Notes under the pieces: model-generated
What the model saw: only the letters and a program-made list of their open reading frames with translations
The model's database searches: none
Told to the model about the DNA's origin: nothing
Program-made: the position numbers and the translations under genes
NCBI GenBank assembly: GCA_964452295.1
Contig: CAYVKZ010000001.1
Coordinates: 56,529-120,528 of the forward strand
Reading direction: 5' to 3'
Length of the DNA: 64,000 nt
From: an uncultured Acidiphilium sp.
GTDB taxonomy: Bacteria; Bacillota; Clostridia; Christensenellales; Borkfalkiaceae
Shown: one piece after another, positions 1 to 8,973 of the stretch
How the letters are laid out: the number at the start of each line of letters is the position of its first letter
Position numbering within the stretch: the stretch's first letter is position 1

Positions 1-2
1 TA

Positions 3-665
3 ACTTTTTCTTACGGTCAAAGCGAAGTTTTATCCGATGCTCGTTTTAAAATTCGCGCGGGTGAAAAACTTTGCGTTGTCGGCGAAAGCGGAGCGGGAAA
101 ATCAACGCTTTTAAAACTTTTGCTAGGCGTTTATAAGCCAAGCCGCGGAAAAATCGGCATCCGCGTCAAAAAAGACGACAACCTTGAAACTTCAATCGGC
201 GTAGAGAAAATCGACGAATATTCGCCTACTGAAATTGGCGGTTTGTTCGCATACGTGCCGCAAGGTAATTTTTTGATAGCGGGCACCGTTAAAGAAAATT
301 TAACCTTTTTTTCGAGCGAGGCGGACGACAAAGTGATTTACAACGCGATTGACGCGGCTTGCGCTCGTTTCGTTTACGATATGCGGGATGGAATAAACGC
401 GAAAATCGGCGAGCGCGGAGGCGGACTTTCCGAAGGACAAATTCAAAGGCTTGCCATAGCTCGTGCCCTCGTGTCGAATAGGCAAATTCTTTTGTTTGAC
501 GAAGCGACTTCCGCTTTAGACGAGCAAACCGAGCGCGAAGTTATTCAAAACATTTGCGCGCTAAAGGGCAAAACGTGCGTGTTTATAACGCACAGAAACG
601 CTGTTTTAGATTACGTTGACACCGTTTATCGCATAGAAAACGGAAAAATTATTAAGAAAAAATAA
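3..665 (+). CDS. ABC transporter ATP-binding cassette, C-terminal portion (5' end outside window)
   Basis: The frame of ORF 120..665 stays open back to nt 3. It reads Walker A GESGAGKST (~81-107), signature LSEGQ, Walker B LLFDEATSALD and H-loop FITHR. Confidence 0.85.
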   Translation, partial: TFSYGQSEVLSDARFKIRAGEKLCVVGESGAGKSTLLKLLLGVYKPSRGKIGIRVKKDDNLETSIGVEKIDEYSPTEIGGLFAYVPQGNFLIAGTVKENLTFFSSEADDKVIYNAIDAACARFVYDMRDGINAKIGERGGGLSEGQIQRLAIARALVSNRQILLFDEATSALDEQTEREVIQNICALKGKTCVFITHRNAVLDYVDTVYRIENGKIIKKK

Positions 666-694
666 TTACAAAATTAAAAATTCGGGGATAAATT

Positions 695-976
695 ATGAAA
701 ATAAATAAAGATTTTTTATTAAAAGAAATGAAAGATTCTTCGGGTAATTGCGATTATTATGCAATAGCCGTCGGCAAAACCGCTACGAAATTCAGGGGCA
801 TGGTCAAGCTCAACGAAACAGCCGCGTTTATTTGGAAAAAGATTAGCGAAGGACTTAACGAAGCCGAAATCGTAGCCGAAATCGTAAAAGTTTACGAGGT
901 CGAAGAATCCATTGCTAAAGTCGACCTTCGAAAAATAATCGAAAATTTAAGGGAAGTCAGCGCGATAGTCGATTAA
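695..976 (+). CDS. PqqD-family small protein (RiPP-recognition-element-like)
   Basis: 93 aa, with size and sequence pattern (..LNETAAFIWKKISEG....EIV..I...YEV) typical of PqqD-like peptide chaperones. It starts 30 nt after the ABC gene. No PQQ genes are nearby. Confidence 0.6.
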   Translation: MKINKDFLLKEMKDSSGNCDYYAIAVGKTATKFRGMVKLNETAAFIWKKISEGLNEAEIVAEIVKVYEVEESIAKVDLRKIIENLREVSAIVD

Positions 977-1006
977 GGTAAATAAGATTTTTTAAAACGG
1001 AAAAAG

Positions 1007-1504
1007 ATGGAAAAAAATCGTAAAAAAAATTCCGCTAAAGCATTAGAGGCAAATCTCGTTTGCGATGGCGAAAATAAAATCGAAGAATTTTTAGCGTCGG
1101 AGGGCAGATATTTGTCTACCACACGCGGGATAAGCATGCGTCCGATGTTAAAAAGCGGGCGCGACGTTATCGTCGTCGAGCCTAAAAAGGGCAGGCTCAA
1201 CCCGTTGGACGTGGCATTATACAAGCGTGACTCGGCATACGTTTTGCATCGCGTTATCGCCGTTAAGCCTAATGGCTACTTGATTCGCGGCGACAACACT
1301 TACGAAGACGAAATCGTTCCCGAAAGTGCCGTAATCGGAGTATTAACCGAATATTTCAGCAAAGGTAAAGCCGTAAGCGTAACTCAAAAAAGGTATATAA
1401 ATTATTCGAAAAGAGTAGTAAAATTTTATCCGTTGCGTCGAATTCGCGTTTTAACGTGGCGCAAAATAAAAAACTTGGTAAAAATGATTATACGTCGAGG
1501 ATAA
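1007..1504 (+). CDS. S24/S26-family serine peptidase (signal-peptidase-I/LexA-like)
   Basis: GISMRPMLKSGRDV (Ser nucleophile context) and LIRGDNT motifs. It is co-directional with the PqqD-like gene. Confidence 0.6.
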   Translation: MEKNRKKNSAKALEANLVCDGENKIEEFLASEGRYLSTTRGISMRPMLKSGRDVIVVEPKKGRLNPLDVALYKRDSAYVLHRVIAVKPNGYLIRGDNTYEDEIVPESAVIGVLTEYFSKGKAVSVTQKRYINYSKRVVKFYPLRRIRVLTWRKIKNLVKMIIRRG

Positions 1505-1537
1505 GATTGAGAATTAAATAATGATAGAATTTATACT

Positions 1538-1603
1538 CGTCATCCTGAGCGAGCGTAAGCGAGTCGAACCGCGAAGCGGCGCGGCGTAGCCGCGGGATCT
1601 TGC
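1538..1603. other. Short GC-rich intergenic element of unknown nature
   Basis: cgtcatcctgagcgagcgtaagcgagtcgaaccgcgaagcggcgcggcgtagccgcgggatcttgc stands out against AT-rich flanks. It contains the internal pairing ccgcg..cgcgg. Confidence 0.3.
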
Positions 1604-1621
1604 TTAAAAAAAAATTATCTT

Positions 1622-1659
1622 AAACGAAAAAGCGGCAAGTTGTTGCCGCTTTTTCGTTT
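1622..1659. terminator. Bidirectional intrinsic terminator between convergent genes
   Basis: Perfect 17-bp palindrome aaacgaaaaagcggcaa/ttgccgctttttcgttt with loop gttg. There are A/T runs on both sides. Confidence 0.8.
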
Positions 1660-2443
1660 AAAGTTTATTATTGATAAAATCAAGACTGAATGTCATTTCT
1701 TCTTCGGGTTTGTTTTGCTCTAAGGTTTTTATAACAGGTAGAGCTTTAATTCTTTTATGGAAATCCAAAGGCAGATCGCCCATTCCGACTACTAAGTGCA
1801 TATCGTTATACAAAGCTTCGCGATTTTTAATTTTAGAATCCGCCCAATGTACTCTGCCGATAAGTTCTGGTTTTTGCAAAAATTCATATAATTTAGAAAG
1901 CCTTTCTTCGTAGGTTTCGTATATGCAAACAGCGGTAGAGGCGTGGCTTGTATCTAAAGTTAACAAAACGTTATCTCTGTCAACGTCTTTTTGGATTTGA
2001 AGCCATTCGTCGCAATACACGCCGAATACTCTATCCGTAGGGTTGCACATAAGTTGATTTTCTACGCAAAGAATGATATTTTTTTCTTTGGCGTAAGCGG
2101 CAACGTCTTGCAAACCGCTAATCAACCTATCGTAAGAGCCGAGTTCTTTTCCGCCTTGCGATTTTATGCCGACCGGGTGCATAACCATTCTGTCGACGTT
2201 AAACATTAAGCCTTTATCGATTGAAGATTTTAATATCGCTATAGATTCTTTGCGAAGTTCGTCGTCGAAAGCTGCTATATTTAATGATTTTTTAGGCGTT
2301 TCGTAAGGCAAATGAACAGCGCCGACAAAGGGAATATATTTTTCCCAATTAGGTTTAACGTCGTCTCTCGTAATATGAAGTTCAACGCCGAGGTTTACCG
2401 ATTTTAAAAACTTTTCGGTATAAACGGGTCTTGTATAATACAT
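1658..2443 (-). CDS. Xylose-isomerase-like TIM-barrel protein (sugar phosphate isomerase/epimerase family)
   Basis: 261 aa with CVENQ and LDTSHA metal-ligand-style motifs. This is a family-level call only. Confidence 0.5.
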   Translation of the reverse strand: MYYTRPVYTEKFLKSVNLGVELHITRDDVKPNWEKYIPFVGAVHLPYETPKKSLNIAAFDDELRKESIAILKSSIDKGLMFNVDRMVMHPVGIKSQGGKELGSYDRLISGLQDVAAYAKEKNIILCVENQLMCNPTDRVFGVYCDEWLQIQKDVDRDNVLLTLDTSHASTAVCIYETYEERLSKLYEFLQKPELIGRVHWADSKIKNREALYNDMHLVVGMGDLPLDFHKRIKALPVIKTLEQNKPEEEMTFSLDFINNKL

Positions 2444-2446
2444 AAC

Positions 2447-3466
2447 TTACTCCTCGATAAAAATCGGATTTAGCAAAAATTGCGGGGTAAACTCGCCTTC
2501 TGTGTACTTTCTTTGTTTGGGTTTTCCGTAACCGCGAACGCGGAAATAGGTTTTTCCTTCCAAGACGTCGTTAAATTTAAACTCGTTATTAACGTTTTCG
2601 GCTGAAAATACTATCGCTCCGTTAGAAATAATATCGATTCTTTCGATTGCTTCGGTGCAAGTGAAAGACAATTCTACGTTATAAAATCCATTTTTATCCG
2701 TTTTTGAAACTTTAAAAACAGGGTTTTTAATCGGATCGCCGACCGAACAGTAAAAATCCCCCGATCTATACGCTTTCACTATTTCGCCGTAAGTGTTTTC
2801 TTTTACCCATAAATAGTCTTGCGAAAATTCGCCGGGATAATAATCATGTCCGCCGTCTTCGAAGTGTTGATGAAAATCAGAGCCGTTTCTTGCAAAAAGT
2901 TTATAGCCTTTACATAAAAGCTTATCCCATTCTTCGCCTACGTCCCAAGTTTGTTTTGCTCGTCTTTCGCCTCTGTCAACGCAAGCAATAACCTTAAAAA
3001 CGTCGTTCGCAGCTGCGATTTTATCGAAATCTTCGAAGCTTACGTCCGGAGAACTCGGGTGATTAAAAATCATAAACGTTTTTTCTTCGCCCCAATTATT
3101 TTTAACGAATTCTAGTTCTTCAATCGCCTTTTCGGCTCCGACTATTCCGTTTAGTCTGTGGAAGTTATTGATTAGCTCCTTTTGGAGTTCGACTTCTTTA
3201 TTATCGGGCGCTGTTATAAACATAGTATGTCGAGCGATAGGGAATTCTTGTTCAGCGGTATGAAAAATCGGCAAATCGGGATATTTTTTTCTCGCTTCGA
3301 TGATTTCGCCGTACTGACCTTCGCCGCTGTGCTCTTCGTAATAAGCGTGACCTGAAAAGCCGATAAAATCAACGTATTTTCTACATCTTTTAATAATTTC
3401 GTCTACAGAGTAAACTCCGTCTTCGCAGTTACGCGTGTGAACGTGTAAATCGCCTTTAATCCACAT
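2447..3466 (-). CDS. PHP/CehA-type metal-dependent phosphoesterase-like protein
   Basis: N-terminal GDLHVHT motif. It ends 4 nt before the downstream gene on the same strand. Confidence 0.5.
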   Translation of the reverse strand: MWIKGDLHVHTRNCEDGVYSVDEIIKRCRKYVDFIGFSGHAYYEEHSGEGQYGEIIEARKKYPDLPIFHTAEQEFPIARHTMFITAPDNKEVELQKELINNFHRLNGIVGAEKAIEELEFVKNNWGEEKTFMIFNHPSSPDVSFEDFDKIAAANDVFKVIACVDRGERRAKQTWDVGEEWDKLLCKGYKLFARNGSDFHQHFEDGGHDYYPGEFSQDYLWVKENTYGEIVKAYRSGDFYCSVGDPIKNPVFKVSKTDKNGFYNVELSFTCTEAIERIDIISNGAIVFSAENVNNEFKFNDVLEGKTYFRVRGYGKPKQRKYTEGEFTPQFLLNPIFIEE

Positions 3467-3583
3467 TTTTGTTTCTCCCGGAAGTGATATGATTTATATA
3501 ACTATTCTTAAATCGAAATTGTTATCATAATTTTTTTTGCGCACGAAAAGAGGCGAAAAACCTAAAATATTTTGCCTATGCGC

Positions 3584-4045
3584 TTAATAGTCGTTGTTCT
3601 CTGAATTTTCGACATAGATAATTTTTGGATTAGCCGATTTTAATTCGTCTATAACGCCTTCGTAATCGGTGAGTTTTGCGTTGATAACGAAAAAATTATC
3701 TACCGAATAATAGATAACGAGTTTGTCGCTGAGTTTAAAGTGCGCTATGCGCGTGATATCTTTTAGCGCGATTTTGTTTGCGAAAAATCCCCATTTAGCC
3801 ACGAAATCCTTGTTTTCTACGGCGTAGTAGGAGTTAAACAGTACGGCGATTAAAATAACGACGGCAAGCAATCCTATAACCGTTGCCAACACTACCGACA
3901 TATAATCGCTGGAGGTCGCAATGCTCGAATCGAGTAATTTAAAAAACCTCAACGCGTTTAAGACGACGCAAGCCGCGCCCGCTAGAATTCCCGCAATAAT
4001 AAAAGCAATAGAAAACGGAGTGAATTTGTATTGAAACTTTTTCAT
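3584..4045 (-). CDS. Small membrane protein (two N-terminal TM helices plus a soluble C-terminal domain)
   Basis: The start was moved to the internal ATG at 4045 (MKKFQYKF..), which is preceded by GAGGGA. The upstream part of ORF 3584..4216 is low-complexity. Confidence 0.6.
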   Translation of the reverse strand: MKKFQYKFTPFSIAFIIAGILAGAACVVLNALRFFKLLDSSIATSSDYMSVVLATVIGLLAVVILIAVLFNSYYAVENKDFVAKWGFFANKIALKDITRIAHFKLSDKLVIYYSVDNFFVINAKLTDYEGVIDELKSANPKIIYVENSENNDY

Positions 4046-4285
4046 TTTTTTCCCTCGGAGAAGTGTTTTTCGCATAAAAATTTTATAAATATATTTTAAC
4101 ATAATAAAATCGAACGTGCAACTTAAATTCGAAAAAAAACTAAAAAAGTTGCTTTTACGCATAAAAATTTTCGTATTGAGAAAAATATGATAGCCGACGG
4201 TTTCCAAGCGCGGCATGTGTTTTAAAAAGAGTTTAACGAGATAAAAAATTAAATCGGGTTATGCTTTTTAAAATCAAGGAAATTT

Positions 4286-5068
4286 ATGAGCGGAAGGGTT
4301 GAAATAAGCGGGTACAGAATAGAAAACGCGGAAAGGCTTACTCAGAAGCGAGCAGCAGAACTTTTAAAGAGAATAAAAATGGGGGATAGCAAAGCGAAAG
4401 AACAATTCGTAATGGCGAATTTGCGGCTCGTACTATCAATAATTAAGCGGTTTTCTAACGCGAAAGTCAGCGCAGAGGATATGTTTCAAGCGGGTTGCGT
4501 GGGGCTTATAAAGGCTGTGGATAATTTTAACGACGAGTTAGGCGTTAGATTTTCTACGTACGCCGTGCCGATGATTTTAGGCGAAGTTAAGCGAGTAATC
4601 AGAAATCACAGCGGTCTGAGAATTTCAAGGAGTATTCGAGATACGGCGTATAGGGCGCTGAAAGCTCGCGGAGAGCTCGAAAACGGTGGCGGTTGCGACG
4701 AGGTTACGATGCGAGATATCGCCGAAAAACTTAGAGTGCAAGAAAGCGAAGTCGTTTACGCTCTAGACGCTATATCCGATCACGCTTCTATTTACGACGC
4801 GGTTTACGATAAAGCGGGCGATACGATTGAGCTTTTGGACCAATTAAAAGACGAAAACGCCGACGACGAAAAGTGGACCGAGCACGTAGCTCTGAATTCC
4901 GCAATCGAAAAATTAGACGAGCGCGAAAAAAAGATTATATATTTAAGATATTACGAGGGAAAAACTCAAACAGAAATATCGAGCGAGGTAGGGCTTTCTC
5001 AAGCTCAGGTATCGCGAATCGAAAAGCTTGCTTTGGCGTTTATGAAAAAAAGGCTTTCCTATTCTTAG
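4286..5068 (+). CDS. sigG: Sporulation sigma factor of the SigF/SigG group, probably SigG
   Basis: 260 aa with N-terminal RVEISG (SigG-like KVEICG), NLRLVLSIIKRF, RFSTYAVPMILGE and LSQAQVSRIEK. It is followed by a ylmC/ymxH-type gene as in Bacillus. Confidence 0.7.
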   Translation: MSGRVEISGYRIENAERLTQKRAAELLKRIKMGDSKAKEQFVMANLRLVLSIIKRFSNAKVSAEDMFQAGCVGLIKAVDNFNDELGVRFSTYAVPMILGEVKRVIRNHSGLRISRSIRDTAYRALKARGELENGGGCDEVTMRDIAEKLRVQESEVVYALDAISDHASIYDAVYDKAGDTIELLDQLKDENADDEKWTEHVALNSAIEKLDEREKKIIYLRYYEGKTQTEISSEVGLSQAQVSRIEKLALAFMKKRLSYS

Positions 5069-5152
5069 GTCTGAAATTCTCAACTCGAAAATAACAAAAC
5101 CGTTATAAATTAAAATGTTTGTAAGTATAATATAAGTACGGAAGCTTATAAA

Positions 5153-5473
5153 ATGCAATATTCTTTTAACGAACTTAAAAAAAAGTACGTTATAAACGTA
5201 GCTAACGGAAAAAAACTCGGCAAAATAACCGACGTTATTTTTACATTGCCGCAAAATTGCGTAAAAGGTTTTACGGTAGAAAACGGTCCGTTTTCGCTTT
5301 GCGGACAAAAAATTACTTTCAGCGTTTGCCGCATACAAAAAATAGGCGAGGACGCGATATTGGTAAAAATCGACGACTCGGAAAAGCATTGCAAAGGTAG
5401 CGCAGAAAAAAAGGGCGAAGAATTTTTCTCCCGAGCCGATTCTTTCGAATTCGATAAACAAGAGGAAGAATGA
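5153..5473 (+). CDS. YlmC/YmxH-family (PRC-barrel) sporulation protein
   Basis: The N-terminus ..ELKKKYVINVANGKKLGKITDVIF.. matches the pattern of the family. It lies directly after sigG. Confidence 0.65.
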   Translation: MQYSFNELKKKYVINVANGKKLGKITDVIFTLPQNCVKGFTVENGPFSLCGQKITFSVCRIQKIGEDAILVKIDDSEKHCKGSAEKKGEEFFSRADSFEFDKQEEE

Positions 5474-5494
5474 AAAATAATCCTAACTATTTTG

Positions 5495-5521
5495 GCGGCG
5501 AATTAACGCGCCGCTTTTTTA
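5495..5521 (+). terminator. Intrinsic terminator
   Basis: GC stem gcggcg/cgccgc, 8-nt loop, then a T6 run. Confidence 0.7.
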
Positions 5522-5629
5522 CATATTCAAATTCGACTAAAAATTATTTTTAAGTACAAAAAAAGTTAAAATAATCGAGGCTTCGTAAGCTATAATTTTT
5601 TTAATTAAAATTATCGGCGGAGAATTTAA

Positions 5630-6439
5630 ATGGCGAAAAATAAAACGCTTTGCGCAAAAACGATTGTGATAACGTCGGGTAAGGGCGGAGTTGGAAAAAC
5701 TACGGTTTCGGCTTTTTTAGGCTCGGCGTTGGCTGTTCGCGGTAGGCGTACAATCGTGTGCGATCTCGATTTTGGACTTAATAATTTAGACGTTTGCATG
5801 GGGCTCGAGTCAAAAGTTATATACGATATCGGCGACGCGTTAGACGGTCGTTGCCGCGCGGCTCAAGCGATAATTCCAAGCGATTCGGTAAAAAATTTAT
5901 TTATGATAAGTTCGGGGCATACGTTTAACGCGGCGGCTGTTTCTACGCAAAATTTAAAACAGCTTTTCGAAGGACTTAAAACAAAGTTCGATTATATATT
6001 GCTCGATTGCCCCGCGGGCATAGACGTCGGGTTTCATCGTGCGGTTTGCTCCGCCGACGAGGCGATTTTGGTCGTGACTTCGTCGCTGTCGTCACTGCGT
6101 GACGCCGATAAGGTTTTAAGCATTTTGCGCTCTTATAAATTGCAAAAAATCAGTGCCGTGGTAAATTGCGTTCGCGGCGATTTAATCGCTTCGGGCGACG
6201 CTCTTTCCGTAAGCGAAATCGAGGAGCTTTTAAAAATTAAAGTTATTGGCGCAATTCCGCAAGACGACGCGTTTTTGCTTAGCAAAAACTGTTCGCTACA
6301 TACAGACACTCGCGCGGGCGATGCTTTTTCTAAACTTGCCGATAACGTTATAAGCGGCAAAAGCAGAATAAACAATTACGCTAAAGATTATTTCGGAATA
6401 TACGGAAGCATAAAACGAAAACTTAAAAGAATTATATAA
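5630..6439 (+). CDS. minD: Septum site-determining ATPase MinD
   Basis: Deviant Walker A ITSGKGGVGKTT, LLDCPAG, and a C-terminal amphipathic tail KRKLKRII. Confidence 0.85.
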   Translation: MAKNKTLCAKTIVITSGKGGVGKTTVSAFLGSALAVRGRRTIVCDLDFGLNNLDVCMGLESKVIYDIGDALDGRCRAAQAIIPSDSVKNLFMISSGHTFNAAAVSTQNLKQLFEGLKTKFDYILLDCPAGIDVGFHRAVCSADEAILVVTSSLSSLRDADKVLSILRSYKLQKISAVVNCVRGDLIASGDALSVSEIEELLKIKVIGAIPQDDAFLLSKNCSLHTDTRAGDAFSKLADNVISGKSRINNYAKDYFGIYGSIKRKLKRII

Positions 6440-6457
6440 AAATAAAAAGGAAAAAAT

Positions 6458-6709
6458 ATGTCGAAAAAGGCAAAAAACAAGCGGTTTTCAGAGCCGTTTT
6501 CGCGTGCTCGCGACGTGTTAAAAGCGGATAGAACCGGGCTTTCGATAGGAGCCGAAGGTTTCATCGGTCGCGAAGTAAAAGAAGTTTTAAACGATTTTTT
6601 TTCGCTGAGCGGCGACGTAAGCACCGATATTTCGGCTTGCGATAAAGGATTTTTAATAACGATAACGGCAACTGCGAAATCGGTTAAAGAATTTAAAATA
6701 GTCGGTTAG
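6458..6709 (+). CDS. minE: Probable topological specificity factor MinE
   Basis: 83 aa immediately after minD, with a good SD. Resemblance to MinE is only loose. Confidence 0.45.
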   Translation: MSKKAKNKRFSEPFSRARDVLKADRTGLSIGAEGFIGREVKEVLNDFFSLSGDVSTDISACDKGFLITITATAKSVKEFKIVG

Positions 6710-6756
6710 AATTATTTTGCAAAAAGCCTCATAAAATCGTTTTGCTACAAAAATAC

Positions 6757-6785
6757 TTGACAATTTTTTTGCATAATGATATTAT
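6757..6785 (+). promoter_or_regulatory. Sigma-A-type promoter upstream of ribU
   Basis: TTGACA (6757-6762), 17-nt spacer, TGaTATTAT extended -10 (6777-6785). Confidence 0.6.
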
Positions 6786-6899
6786 TAAGGCGAAAGAATC
6801 GCGGCGGACGTAGTATTTAAACATAGTATTTAATTTAACGAATAAAATCGCCGTTTTAGTCGGACGTAACGTGTTACGCCCGCATTTTGGTTTAATTAA

Positions 6900-7496
6900 A
6901 TGAATTTTTTTAGCGCAAAAAGACTTGCAAAAATAGGCATATTTTCGGCTTTAGCTACAATTTTATATTTTCTAAATTTTCCGTTGCCTATTTTTCCTTC
7001 TTTTTTAAAATTGAATTTATCCGATTTACCCGCGCTTATTTGTTCGTTTGCGCTTGGTCCGATTTCGGGAGTTATTACCGTGCTTATAAAATGCGTTATT
7101 CACCTTCCGTTTACTTCGAGCATGGGGGCGGGCGAGCTTGCAGACCTTGTAATAGGCGGGGCGTTTGTTTTTTGCGCGGGGCTTGTTTACAAAAGAAACA
7201 AAACGAAAAAAGGCGCACTTATCGGAGTTTTACTCGGAACGGCTGCCAGCGTTTTGGCTAGCGTTTTGGCAAATTGGCTTATAATTATTCCCGTTTATAC
7301 TCAAGTTATGGGGCTGTCGCTTTCGCAAATCGCGGCAACGTGCGCTAAGGTATTGCCGTTTATAACCGAGGCAAATTTTTATCCGTGCTATTTATTTTTG
7401 GCGGTGCTGCCTTTTAATTTATTAAGATGCATACTCGCTTCGGCGATAACATGGCTTGTATACAAGCGTGTATCCGTATTGTTGAATAAAATGTAA
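6900..7496 (+). CDS. ribU: ECF-transporter S component, riboflavin type (RibU/YpaA-like)
   Basis: LNFPLP...LKLNLSDLPALICSFALGPISGV closely parallels B. subtilis RibU as I remember it. The protein has 5-6 TM helices. Confidence 0.75.
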   Translation: MNFFSAKRLAKIGIFSALATILYFLNFPLPIFPSFLKLNLSDLPALICSFALGPISGVITVLIKCVIHLPFTSSMGAGELADLVIGGAFVFCAGLVYKRNKTKKGALIGVLLGTAASVLASVLANWLIIIPVYTQVMGLSLSQIAATCAKVLPFITEANFYPCYLFLAVLPFNLLRCILASAITWLVYKRVSVLLNKM

Positions 7497-7526
7497 AATA
7501 CAATAAAAATTTATGATCTTTATAAA

Positions 7527-7925
7527 ATGAAATACATATCCGAAAGTCGCGAACAAACAATTGCTTTAGGCGAACTTTTTTCAAAACAACTTAAAAAAGG
7601 CGACGTAGTTTTACTTCGCGGAGAAATGGGTGCGGGCAAAACGGTATTCGTTAAAGGCGTAGCGAAAGGATTAGGGATAAATTGTGAAATCACCAGTCCG
7701 ACGTACGCATATATGAACGATTACGATGGGGTTTTATATCATTACGATTGTTATCGCTTATCTTCGGGCGAAGACGCCGAGGCGTTAGGCTTAACCGATT
7801 ATTTTTATGCCGACGGCGTTTGCGTTATCGAATGGGCTGAAAATATAGCCGACGCACTTCCGAAAAGTTTCGTCGAAGTAAAAATTCAAAAACTCGAAGG
7901 GAGTAAAAGGAGCGTGGAATTTTGA
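7527..7925 (+). CDS. tsaE: tRNA t6A biosynthesis ATPase TsaE
   Basis: GEMGAGKT P-loop, SPTY, YHYDCYRL. Confidence 0.9.
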   Translation: MKYISESREQTIALGELFSKQLKKGDVVLLRGEMGAGKTVFVKGVAKGLGINCEITSPTYAYMNDYDGVLYHYDCYRLSSGEDAEALGLTDYFYADGVCVIEWAENIADALPKSFVEVKIQKLEGSKRSVEF

Positions 7926-8536
7926 AATATTTAGTTATGGACACAAGCGGCGACAGACTTTTAGTCCTTTTAAAAAGCGGAGAATTCGTTAAAGTTAGTT
8001 ATTTGCAAAACTGTCTTACGAAACATTCGCTAACTCTTTTGCCCGAGATAGAAAATCTTTTAAAAACCGAGAACGCTTCGCTTTCCGATTTGGATTTTAT
8101 AGGGACAGTCGTAGGTCCGGGTTCTTTTACCGGGGTAAGAATAGGCGTGGCGACAGCTAAGGCTTTATGCACGGCTCTTAACAAACCTGCGCTTGCGTTA
8201 ACCTCGTTCGACGTTTTGTCATATACTGATAAGGCGAGCGAAAAATTACTTTGTTTAATCGATGCTCGCCACGATAATTATTACGCTCAAGCGTTTAATT
8301 GCGGGGTAAAAAGCGAGCCCGCGTTTATTTCAAAAAGCGAAATCGAAAAAAACTATTCGGATTATAAAATAATTTCAGATATCAAAATAGAAGGGCTTGA
8401 TACCGTCGTTGCGGATATGCCCGTTTGTTTAACGGCGGCAGCCGAAGGCGAAAGCGAAAAACTTATTTCTTATCAAAACATAGCTCCGCTTTACGTTAAA
8501 AAAAGTCAGGCGGAAGAAGAGGCGACATGCGTATAG
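7922..8536 (+). CDS. tsaB: tRNA t6A biosynthesis protein TsaB
   Basis: MDTSGD..., GPGSFTGVRIGVATAKAL. It overlaps the tsaE stop. The start is TTG. Confidence 0.85.
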   Translation: MKYLVMDTSGDRLLVLLKSGEFVKVSYLQNCLTKHSLTLLPEIENLLKTENASLSDLDFIGTVVGPGSFTGVRIGVATAKALCTALNKPALALTSFDVLSYTDKASEKLLCLIDARHDNYYAQAFNCGVKSEPAFISKSEIEKNYSDYKIISDIKIEGLDTVVADMPVCLTAAAEGESEKLISYQNIAPLYVKKSQAEEEATCV

Positions 8537-8973
8537 AAACATGGTCGCTCGGCGACAACGAGGGCATTGCTCTGCTCGAGAAAGAATGTTTCAAATATCC
8601 TTGGTCGTTGCAGGCTATAACTCAAACATCGGAGTCGGATAACTTTTTGGGCGTAGTGGCAAAAACGGACGACGGAGCTTTGATCGGCTATGCCGGAGCT
8701 ATATTTGCGCTCGAATCTGCCGACGTTGCGCTCGTGGCGGTTTCGCCTAAGGCTCGTCGCGGCGGAATAGGGTTCGATGTTACTTCCGCTTTATTAGATA
8801 AACTTTTTATAGCGGGGGTAAAAACTGCGTATTTAGAAGTTAGAGTTTCTAATGCGCCCGCCCGCGGGCTTTACGAAAAGCTTGGCTTTAAAATTGTCGG
8901 CATAAGAAAAAAATATTACGAAGATTTAGAAGATGCGTTGCTAATGGCAAGGAAACTGCCTTTTGAAAGATAG
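8527..8973 (+). CDS. rimI: Ribosomal-protein-alanine N-acetyltransferase RimI (GNAT)
   Basis: GNAT motif ARRGGIG and YEKLGF, in the canonical position after tsaB. Confidence 0.8.
   Translation: MRIETWSLGDNEGIALLEKECFKYPWSLQAITQTSESDNFLGVVAKTDDGALIGYAGAIFALESADVALVAVSPKARRGGIGFDVTSALLDKLFIAGVKTAYLEVRVSNAPARGLYEKLGFKIVGIRKKYYEDLEDALLMARKLPFER

Noticed and set aside
6786-6899. Expected FMN riboswitch upstream of ribU
   Set aside because: I cannot identify the conserved FMN aptamer core by eye, so the leader is left unassigned (see finding).
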